Assembly (NCBI GenBank): GCA_951406725.2 | Contig: OX597821.1 | Coordinates: 64,852,001-64,916,000 of the forward strand | Direction of reading: 5' to 3' | From: Octopus vulgaris | Lineage: Eukaryota | DNA: 64,000 nt | Shown here: positions 12,968 to 23,080 of the stretch, one piece after another | How positions within the stretch are numbered: position 1 is the stretch's first letter | How the letters are laid out: each line of letters begins with the position of its first letter | Notes under the pieces: generated by a model | Told to the model about the DNA's origin: nothing | The model's input: only the letters and a program-made list of their open reading frames with translations | Databases searched by the model: none | Program-made: the position numbers and the translations under genes

Positions 12968-13175
12968 TGTGACTGCGTGTGTATCGTTGGCGATTTTTTT
13001 CTTAGTCTTCCCTTCCTTGGATTTTCCTCTTCCTATGTTTCTGACGAAGAGCTCCGCTCGAAACATTAAATCTTCCTTCTTTCTTTCCTTTCCTTAGCGT
13101 CCAATAACACTATACTTGGTCTACGTCCACGCGTTGTTGTGTTTTCTGTTTGGGTTTTCATGTTTGTATTAACTA
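12968..13175 (+). mobile_element. Penelope-type terminal-repeat remnant
   Basis: Carries the hammerhead motif at 13037. A related truncated piece lies in opposite orientation at 4007-4096. Confidence 0.5.
13037..13071 (+). ncRNA. Minimal hammerhead ribozyme motif (probably degenerate)
   Basis: GUUU-CUGACGA-A-GAGC ucc GCUC-GAAA-CAUU-AAAU. Core and stem II are intact; stem III reads ACAU instead of palindromic ACGU. Confidence 0.6.
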
Positions 13176-13181
13176 TATATT

Positions 13182-13217
<36 letters not shown>

Positions 13218-13263
13218 CAAGCACACATACACACACACACGCGCTCTCTCTCTAAATAAATAA

Positions 13264-13302
<39 letters not shown>

Positions 13303-15039
13303 CGAGACAGAGAGAGACAGAGAGGGAGAGAAAGAAAGAAAGAGAGAGAGGCGTCCAAAAAAGAAAAACTAATAGAAGAGTATTGTTGCAAGAAAAGGAA
13401 AAACGTTGCGGGAATCAGTAATGGAGAAATAGATGATAGAAAACAAATAGGTTGGTTGATTGGTGATATCTCTATCACAAGAAAAAAATGTTTGAATGCA
13501 AAGTATATTTGTGTTTTAAGTTTAAAGTCAAACTGTTGCTGGTACCAATAATTTAAATCTCACGAATTTCTTCAAGGGCAGATGTATATAGCATTCCTTG
13601 TGGCAAATCGTGAAAGTTGAAAAGTTAGTTTTGTTGTTGGGTATATATCTTCAATAGGAATTGATATACATGCTGTGTGTGAAAGAGGCGAATAATGTCT
13701 GAGAAACATGATGGAAAAAAAGGAATAAAAGTTATTGAAGAATCTTAGCACAACGAAAACTGAAATTTAGAATAAAAGCAGTTATCCGAAACGCATCTGC
13801 ATATAAAGTACACATACAAACACACACGTACTCCCACATGTATACACAGACGCGCGCACACAAACGCACAGATACATATATGTTATATATATATATACTC
13901 ATGAACATAAATACATACATGTGTATTTATATATTTGCCAACATGCACACACACCTATATACATATATATATATATATATATGTGTGTCTGTGTCTATAT
14001 GTAGTATATATGTAATATATGTATGTACATATACATACATATATATTAATACATACAAGCACACACACTCACACACACAAACACACACACATATATATAC
14101 ATATATATATATCTGTATATATAAAAGGCAAGATGTGTGTGTATGTGTGTATACGTGAATGTAGTTCCTGCACGTCCACAAATTAGCACGCATGTCGCTC
14201 CAATTTTAGGAGAACATTCGTCACCATCCTACCGGAGTTTTGTCAACTTATTTTTTTCCCGAGGCACCCGCGGATAGCAGTAAAAATTTAATTTCAACAA
14301 TAACTTTTACCAATTTTGAAGTTTGCTAACATGAGTTAAGTCCCATCTTGCAATAGCCAAGTGAAAGTGTATGCTTGTGCGTGTGTGCATATGTGTGTGT
14401 GTGTGTGTGCGTCTGTGTGTGTGAGGGAGAGGGAGAAGCTGTGCGTTGATGTATGTGTGTGGGGGTGATATAGTAAGTGACAGCGTTCACCAAAAATAAA
14501 TATATAAACTGTTTTTTTTTCTTAAACAAGAGATATAGTATTCAAATTTAGGATGTTTTTGAAAGACACTATATTTCATAATAATATTAAATATACTTTC
14601 TCACACAACAATTAAAATATATTTATTTTAAATTATTTATTTATTTTAAATCGTTCATCTTTCTCCCTCCCTCTCTCATACACACACATTACTTTGGACG
14701 AGAAAAAGTTTTGCTTTTATTTTACGCCGAGGAAAAAAGTGTTTCGTTGGGAATCCATTTATTTAACAACATAGAAACAAAGAGGTATGTAACAATTTGT
14801 CTGTGAATTACACAATATAAATGGGTAAAATGTCCGAGGCCCCACCACACCACACCCCGTTTCTCAGACCACAAAAAGGGTTTTGTAGCATATTAGGAGG
14901 CCACGGTAGTTGATTCCACGCAAAAAATCCGATTTTTTTCTTAGTGAAAATCGTGCAAGTGTTAATCTAAAGTTTTAATCTAAAACTTTTTTTCCATTTA
15001 ATTCATGAAATTCTCTGTACATAATTTTGCTTTCTCGAT

Positions 15040-16247
15040 GGTCAAGGCAAATGGTGACTGGTAAAGCAACAGTACCCTAATGTTGACATTGGATACAATC
15101 ACCTGATCTACAATAATGTGCTGATTGAAATCGAGGATCCCCTACTAAAAATGGGTGGAGCAGCGTTGAACACATTCGGTTGGCCATCCTCATTGCGACA
15201 GGACGTTAACACACTCCCACCAAAGTTACTTATGGAGTTGTATGACGCTGATGGCTTTGCGAAGTACCTGACAGTAAATGAACCGAAATTGCTCCCTGTT
15301 CAGAGGCTAGTGTAAGAGACAATCGTCAGTGCCGATTAAAAACAGGCGGACGGCATTTTTTACCTCGATGCTACTAGAGTTACCGGCAAATCCTTTGTAA
15401 CACAATTAATACTTGCTAAGATTCGTTGCAAGAAACAAATTGCTCTAGCCGTTGCTTCCTCGGGAATTGCTGCTACTTTATTGCCGGGAAGTAGGACGGT
15501 GCACTTGGCATTATAGCTGCCTTTACATTTGGTGAGAGCCGAGGTTCATACTTGCAACAATGGCAAAAATTCAGAGGAAGCTGAAGTTGTTAGACAGTGC
15601 CGTCTCATTGTATGGGACGAGTGCACAATGACCAATAAATGTGCCCATGAGGCACTGGGCCGGTTACTGAAAGGTATCAGGAATTCTACAGCTTCTATGG
15701 GTGGTGTAACTCTATTGCTTTCAGGAGATTTCCGGCAAATCCTTCCTGTCATCCCTAAAGGGAGCTGGGCTGATGAAGTGCGCGCATGCCTTAAGTCATC
15801 CACGTTGTGGTTCCAGGTGAAGACCTTAAGCCTAAGCACAAACATGTGCGCACTTGCTTGGTGATATCACGTCTTCAGCATTTTCTGAAAACCTTTTAGC
15901 CCCTGGAGAAGACAAGATCCCTAGGAATGATAGGGGCGACATATCCATCTCTGAACTGTGCAACACTGTGGACAACCTCTTCCGATCTTTTGGAAATAGT
16001 GTTCCCCAATCTGGAAAGCAATTATGCAGACATCAATTGGCTCAGTGAAAGAAACATCCTGGCCTCCAAAAACGTAGCTGTCAGTGCTATCAACGACTAG
16101 CTCATAAGCCGAATCCCGGGTGAGGGCGCATCTACAAATCGATTGACCGGACCTCTGACCCCCAAGACATTGTCAATTACCCTATCGAGTTTCTCAACTC
16201 ATTGGAGCCAGTAGGGCTTACACGTCACATTCTTAGGCTAAAGGTTA
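15040..16247 (+). mobile_element. Helitron RepHel Pif1-family helicase relic
   Basis: FYLDA...TGKSF (Walker A), AVASSGIAATLLPG, LIVWDECTM (Walker B), GGVTLLLSGDFRQILPV, YPIEFLNSLEP..L..H.LRLKV. Multiple stops and frameshifts. Confidence 0.9.
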
Positions 16248-16249
16248 GA

Positions 16250-16914
16250 TGTCTTCGGAAACAGCCGCTCCCCATAGTATGAGAAAATGATCCAAGACCT
16301 GACATCAAGTTTCTAACAACTTGGGTCTAGAATGAGTGTGAAGGTGCATTGTTTGCGCTCGCATCTTGACTATTTTACCAAAAATTGTGGGGACTACGGT
16401 AAGGAACAAGGAGAGCGGTTCTGTCAAGACATTTGTACCATGGAAACTCGATACCAGGGCAAATGGAATGTCAACATGATGGCGGATTACTGCTGGTCAT
16501 TGAAATGTGATGGTTGTGATGCACAGCACAGGTGTAAATCAAAGCGGCCCTCCTTCCTTTGAATCAAAATGTAGGCTAGCCATTAGGATCATATTTTTCA
16601 CATTCATTTGGCTTGATGTTGATAATTCTGATTCATTTAATGAGGGACGTGGTTCATTTCATGTTGATTTAGAAAACATATGTTCTTAAAATTAACAGAA
16701 TGTGCTTTTCCATGATTACTTGCTTTTAATAAAGTAACAATTTATAAAAAATTAACATTTTTTATTATTGCTATTAACTTGTATTTTGTTCAGCATCCTT
16801 GTGTGACAGAGCAAAATGGTTTAGATATTTAAAATCAGCATCCCAAGAATATTGTAACGTCATATCCATGAATAAAAATAAATAATAATAATAATTCCCA
16901 AATGCAGACAAGTG
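16250..16914 (+). mobile_element. Chapaev3-like DNA transposon 3' end (transposase C-terminus + terminus)
   Basis: MSVKVHCLRSHLDYFTKNCGDYGKEQGERFCQDI..METRYQGKW...MMADYCWSL matches, from recall, the Chapaev3 C-terminal signature. It ends ...cagacaagtg (CAC terminus on the other strand). Confidence 0.7.
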
Positions 16915-17344
16915 AAATCGACTAATACATTCGGCATCAATGTCAGCATATATTTGGTGCTTAAAATCTTTTAATAATCCTTTTAAAATGATCTAGAAAC
17001 TGTATGTAGCAAACCGTATATTCCACATTCATGACAGTTTCATAAGTGTGCAATTAGAAATCCTATGAAATTGTCCTCTTTTTTCTATAATTTTCTTTTT
17101 TCTACAATCGACATTCACAATCAGTTGTACCTTGTAGACATAGATGTCATCTGCACACTAAAATGCATTAAAACTAAATACTTTGTCTTACGGGCATCTG
17201 TTTGCCCTTGTAATTAATTGCTATAGAATATCCATCATCATATTCATTTAGTCTTTGTCGTACGCTGTTTTCTTATAAGCACATAGGTAATCTTGTTTTC
17301 CCATATACATTCTATAGCGTCATATAAAATCAGTTTGTAAAAGT

Positions 17345-17622
17345 CAGGTCATGCGTTCGATACACGGCGGTGCTTTGAATCATTGAGCAAGAAACTTTAT
17401 TTCACGTTGCTCCAGTCCGGCCAGCTGGCAAAAATGAGTAGGACCTATCTTGGAGAGGGCTAGCCATGTCCTATTCTGTGTTACGCTCAATCTTTCTGGG
17501 AACTACATTATAGGTACGCGGTCCTGTGGCGTGCTCAACCACTTGCAGTTTATTGTAGAAGCAGGCTGTTTCAGTGTTCGGATCAACTGGAACCCTCGTT
17601 GTCGTAACCGACGAACTGCCAG
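17345..17622 (+). mobile_element. SINE (different head/core, tail variant 2)
   Basis: B-box-like gcgttcgatac followed by a ttgagcaag core. The tail 17455-17620 is the inverse of 17950-18115. Confidence 0.7.
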
Positions 17623-17949
17623 TTTTACATCATCTGTGTATTTCTAATAACTTCTATGGCCATCTTCGTTGTTTCTATCTTTAAAAATTTGTCAATTATA
17701 TCTTACAAACCTAACAACAATTCGATAAACCTAGCAGGATATATTTAACTGAGTTTCACCTTTCATTCTTTCATTTTGAATTTTTATTGAAAATTTGGTC
17801 CCACTAGTATCTATTTCTTTAATGAACCTGGTTAAGCAAATTACTTTAAAATCATACAACTCGTTCTATAGCTCCTCTAATGAATTTTGATATGAAATAA
17901 TTTCTCTCGCAACTACTTATGAGTTTATATATGATTAAGACAAATCGTG

Positions 17950-18317
17950 GGATTCCGTCAGTTATGACGACGAGGGTTCCAGTTGATCCGGACAACAGAA
18001 CAGCCTGCTCGTGAAATTAACGTGCAAGTGGCTGAGCACCCCACTGACACGTGTACCCTTTACGCAGTTCTCGGGGAGATTCAGCGTGACACGGAGTGTG
18101 ACAAGGCTGGCCCTTTGGAATACAGATACAGCAGAAACAGGAAGAGTGAAAGTTGTGCTGAAAGAGTAGAGAAGGGATCGTCCCACCCCAACCGGAGACT
18201 CGTGAAGCTTTAACTGTTTTCGCTCAATAAACACTCACAACGCCCGGTCAGGGAATTGAAACCGCGATCCTACGACCGCGAGTCCTCTGTCCTGACCACT
18301 GGGTCTATTGCGCCTCC
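17950..18317 (-). mobile_element. tRNA-derived SINE (head B, tail variant 2)
   Basis: Minus strand reads GGAGGCGCAATAGACCCAGTGGTCAGG ... GGTTTCAATTCCC. The tail is shared with the 17455-17620 and 50210-50302 copies. Confidence 0.85.
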
Positions 18318-18474
18318 TTAAGGCAAATAAACAATATATTAAAAGAATGTTTCGCAATAATTTCGAAAATAATGCATATAAATTTTCTTATTTAAAATGT
18401 AATTATATTGTAGACACAATGGTTTAAATAATAGGGTTGTCTTTTTTCAGGGGTTCTTAGTTTAAATCTTGTGG

Positions 18475-18840
18475 ATAGATATCTGCAACTGCTTCCTCAT
18501 CATACTCATAAGATTCATTGATGCTGGTAGGAGACAAACAGAAGTATATAATGGTATTATCCAAGAGTGTGTAACTGCATGCTGAATGTCTTTCAGGCTG
18601 TGTGGTATACTCAGCACATTACAGAAGGACTTCGTGTTATAGAAACAAAAGTTCCCGACTTTATGAAAATAAGAAGAAAAAATTGTTTATAATTTGCAAG
18701 GAATTCGTTCACGACGCTTTCCCGTTCTTGTGAAAGTTCTCTGGCTGTATAGCTAAATTAAGGATACCTCAGTGTGCCGAAAGACGTTGAATTTCTTCCA
18801 CTACTTAGATTCTGTTTGACGATTTTATGAAGAGTTAAAC
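18475..18840 (-). pseudogene. cGLR-like pseudogene fragment, copy B (DNA-level paralog of 21465-21830)
   Basis: Clear nucleotide similarity to 21465-21830 (e.g. gatatctgcaactgcttcctc vs gatatctacaactgcttcctc). Translates to LKDIQHAVT/LLDNTIIYFCLSPTSINESYEYDEEAVADIY. Confidence 0.6.
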
Positions 18841-18885
18841 ATATCAAACCGATGTTTCGCAATAATTTAGGAAATAATGTATTTA

Positions 18886-19075
18886 TTTATTTGTGTCTGG
18901 GGAGAGTCATTCTCTTTTAGTGCCCTATTATTTAACACACTCACTGGTTCGATTTCCACTCATTTAGTTTTTTTTTTCTAGAAAAAATAAATAACTAAAT
19001 GAGTGGATATCGAACCGGTGAATGTATTAAATAATAGGGCACTAAAAGAGAATGACTCTCCACAGACGCAATAAA
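18886..19075. repeat. Fold-back inverted repeat (~90-bp arms)
   Basis: gagagtcattctcttttagtgccctattatttaa...ccactcatttagtt and aactaaatgagtgga...ttaaataatagggcactaaaagagaatgactctc are reverse complements. Confidence 0.85.
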
Positions 19076-20149
19076 ATATGCTTCAACACACGGATTCACA
19101 TAAAGAATCTTGCAAACCAATTACATAAACGAAATATATTCATTGTTTTATATAGAATATATTAATATCGTGGATATCATGATTTAAATAATAGGGTCTT
19201 TGTTAGGGTCTCTGAGTTTAAATCCCCTACTTAGTTCACATTCCACCGAGGTCTACTTTGCTTTTTATCATTTCGGGATCGACAAATAAAATACCTGCAG
19301 TGTACTGGTGTCGATTCGTCCATTTACTATCTATCTCTTTCTGGAAGAAATCACCTGTGATCAGACGAGAAGAAGATCAGTTTTGGGAGGTTTTAAGGAC
19401 CCTAAGACATGCCGTATGTTATAACGTTGGCCATGAGGTACTATATCATGCATATGTATGATGTGCGTATATGTGTGTGTGGATGTTTATATTTGTATAC
19501 GTAGTGTATGTATACACATATTAGGACTAACAGACGCATATGTGAATGTTAATATGTGTCTTTTCATTCATATACTGTCATCATTTTTTTTAACTAATCC
19601 GTTTTTTCAAACAGATTTCTCTCAGCAAATGTTTGCATGTTTTATATACAATTTTCTCCAACTACATATACGTCTGATTATTATTACTTGAAGTCTTTAT
19701 CTCCATATTTTTTTAATCCAATCCTATAGGAAATATTAAGACTCACATATTTGTAATTATTTTCCCTGAATGTAATTATCTAGATATTTTCATAAGGTAT
19801 ATCCGTTCAGTATGGCGTCTTGAATTTCATTTATTTATCTGGCGGTTTAGTGGAATTAACAGTAACTGGCGGATAAATACATCATGTTTTGTATGAGGCT
19901 CCTTAGGGTCCAATTAATAAATATTAGCCAATATTCTCTACAGATATTTTTTAAAATGCATAAGAATTAATAATTAAAAATAAATATAACGATAAAAATT
20001 GCTAAAGAAATTCGTATCTTAGATGCCTAGCATCTGTGACAAATCTTCGCTGTTTTTCAAACCTGGGAATTAGGCAAAAACCTACATAATCCAAAGCATT
20101 ATTAAAATATGTACGTTCATGTAAATTTTACAGACATATTTCAGATAAA

Positions 20150-23080
20150 TAACTCCTAAACCAAGAAGCATATCGCCGAATAAAATATGTGGAATTTGCA
20201 CCACTAAGACACTGTTTTTTGGGGCATGAGTAGTTAGAGTAGTTAAATTTGCTCTGGCCCGCATGCAGTCGGAGTGGTATCCGTGACGGGAACAGGTGGC
20301 CAGTTTCCTAAACGCTTTTGAGACCTCTGGAATTTTTCTTGAGATGATTTCAAAGGTTCTGTTACCGTGTTCCAACCAAAATCCTAAGGAGAAAGATCAA
20401 ATGGCTGAGTTTATATGCTGATGCTCACGATCCCTGCTTGATACAAAACTTATAAAAAATTCTGGTATAGAAGGAGGAAGTGCTGAAAGATTTCTGGCTG
20501 TAAGGTTATCCCGAAAAGCCTGATTGAGAGCCCAAACTTCGGTGTTCTATTTCAGGGCTTAGAAAAACTGAAGGACCGCTGCGATAAGTGTGTGATTCTG
20601 AGAGAGAAATATTCTGAATCATATTCTGAATAAATAACAGATCCTCCTGTATTTCTTTTATCTAGGGCCAGGAACTCTTCAGCATCCCCTCATATATCAC
20701 TGGTGAATGGAAGTTTGCCTTTGTTACATACTTCTAACAGTACATTTCTCTTCTCTTGTGAACAGATGTCAACGAATTGGATTTGTTGTTCTTAAGTATA
20801 CGTTCATGTAAATTACTCCCTAGGTTTTCGCGAGTGTTGGCAATATTCAGCGTCTCAAAATGTTGCTCAGTAAAATGCACATCTATCTGTGATTCCATCG
20901 TCCAGACGCCACATCTACCAAACGGATTCTCGCTCTTGTCCTTGCGAGCAAATACTGTATCGCACCCTCAAAACGAACGGCACATATGAAATGCTCATCA
21001 TCACGATATTTGAAATTTGAACACGAGGCAATTTTTGAAATAAAACCAATAATTCTCAAACCAACCAGATTGAAACCAGGGGTTGAATCGCAAACAAATC
21101 AAAGATTATGACTGCATGGATGAATACATCTATTTCTTTTGTACAAAGGGAGAGTCTTTTCTAGATGCTTTTAAAACACTATCTGGTGCCTTCTCTATTG
21201 TACATAGGGATGCTAAGAACACGGCGTTTCCTAATGTATCATATACAACTTCAGAGATGCTATTTCGAATGCTTGAATTTTCCAAGTTAAAAATAAAACG
21301 GTAAATATATTCCTTCTTATTGAGTCACGGAAGCACTGTTTGCTTTTGTCCTCATCGGATAGTTTTTTTGGTGCATGACCTTGCCTTTGCCTTCAAACTT
21401 ACAGCTATGTAAGTGCACCTCTTTAAAAAGATATTGCGCAATATCTATGAAAACTTCAATCTCGTAGATATCTACAACTGCTTCCTCCGCATAGTCATAA
21501 GAGTCATCCATGCTTGTAGGAGAGAAACAGATGTATATAATGGCACTATCCAAAGCTGTGTAACTGCATGTCGAATGTCTTTCTGATTGTATGAAATCCT
21601 CAACACATTACACAACGCTAGATATCGTGTTATACCGAAAAAAAATATTCCCTACTTTATATAAGGAAGAGGAAAGCATTCTATATCAATTGCAAGGAAT
21701 TCAGTCATGTCTCTTTCCGGTTCTAGTGAACGTTGTATGTCTGTATAGCTAGACAAACGGTAATTCACTGTGCCAAAACACTGAACTTCTACTACTTAGA
21801 TTTCGTTCGACGTTTTATAAAGAGTAAAGAAAATTCCTTTTGTCATGTATAGAATGACTAGGTGCATCACGCAGCTTCTTGAATTTTATATGTCATGATC
21901 AGATGAATATACTGCAAAGTAGGATTTCTATTTTGTATATCTGAAGGAAACCCTTCATTTTTAGTACTTTTACTGAATGGAAATAGTATCAAGAGATTAC
22001 GCAGTGTTAAGAGACTAACATTGCCCTCGGATATGAATGGGTTCTACTAGAGAATGTGACGTCTGATAGTTTTCGTTCAAGGACGTTTTTTCAGTTAGAA
22101 ATATTCAAGGCATTCCTTGGCTCAGAAATGGCACCTCCTCTGCTTTTAAAAGAAGCAGTGTTTGTTCTATTCATGTATTTCTAGGATCTAGTCTCATCTA
22201 AGAAACCCTCGACTAGAAATACTTCATACTTTGGCAACTACTCAGAGTGAAAATAGTTTTTATTTCCGGAATATCTGCTACCCTGGAATGATGGTTATTC
22301 TCTACTTCATTTTGGGCATTAACTGTGAACAATCATTTTCCGGAGACAAGCAGGAGAATCCACCTCTTCTGGAATTATTTCACGGATATAAATATCCACT
22401 TCTCAATTTCAATAAGGAAATCTGAATGCATGTCTTGATTCCGATAAGTTCAATGTGATGAACTCAACGCAGATGGTAAAAGTTCCTCATACTCCAGAAT
22501 GTGACTCTCATTTCTACACTATTATGTGATGTTTTTGTATTTTAAATAATGCGAATTTTACAGCTAACGCTATCCTGGGACTATTCGTATTTCGATGTAT
22601 TCGGATGGAACCATTCAACATAATGGAAACAAAGCATTGATGAATGACAATGGTGATTGTGCCAAATATTCTGGTGATTAGAAACCATTGAAAGTTTAAA
22701 TTTTGTGATTAAAGATGTTTTCACTAACTATCATAACAACTTTAACCAAGACAAAATTATCTTCTGATGAATTTCAAAAGTTCAGAGCTTCCTTCAACAT
22801 ATTTCTCATGTCGCTCTTGTAACGAAACCAGGATATCTGTCGACGTTCTCTTCTTGTACCTCAGGAACTCGTTCTAGCTGATGGCTCGTTAACATGGTCT
22901 TAGTGATCACTTCATTCATGTGCAATTTCTCAAGACGAGCTACATGTAGAAAATGTGCACATTTCCCTTTATCATCGAAGTTGTGCCTGCTCATATTCGT
23001 TCTCTGCGTTAATTCCGATGTTTTTAGTTTCTTGTTAGGAACAAGAATGTGAAGCAAAATTGTTAATAATTTCATCATTT
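20150..23080 (-). pseudogene. Decayed, apparently intronless Mab-21/cGAS-like (cGLR) gene, copy C, with possible N-terminal death-fold/CARD-like domain
   Basis: Minus-strand motifs in order: QKDIRHAVTQL, DSYDYAEEAVVDIYEIEV (resembles GS-x9-13-[DE]h[DE]h), RKDSPFV, IFDLFAIQP..W, GCDTV..KSENP..W, LTSVH, NVLLEVC, WLEHG..KIPEVSKAFRKLATC, QIPHILFGDMLL. Many stops and frameshifts; interrupted by a mariner MITE. Confidence 0.55.
20472..20693 (+). mobile_element. Internally deleted mariner (MITE, ~220 bp)
   Basis: Imperfect TIRs gaggaagtgctgaaagatttctggc and gccaggaactcttcagcatcccctc. Internal LFQGLEKLKDRCDKCVILREKYSE is a mariner transposase C-terminus. Confidence 0.7.

Noticed and set aside
20900-21600. 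Caspase reading of copy C (CKFEGKGKV..QCFR; DSTPGF)
   Set aside because: There is no SHG or QACRG. The Mab-21 reading explains more motifs in the correct order and is echoed in copy A. Not formally excluded without an HMM search.
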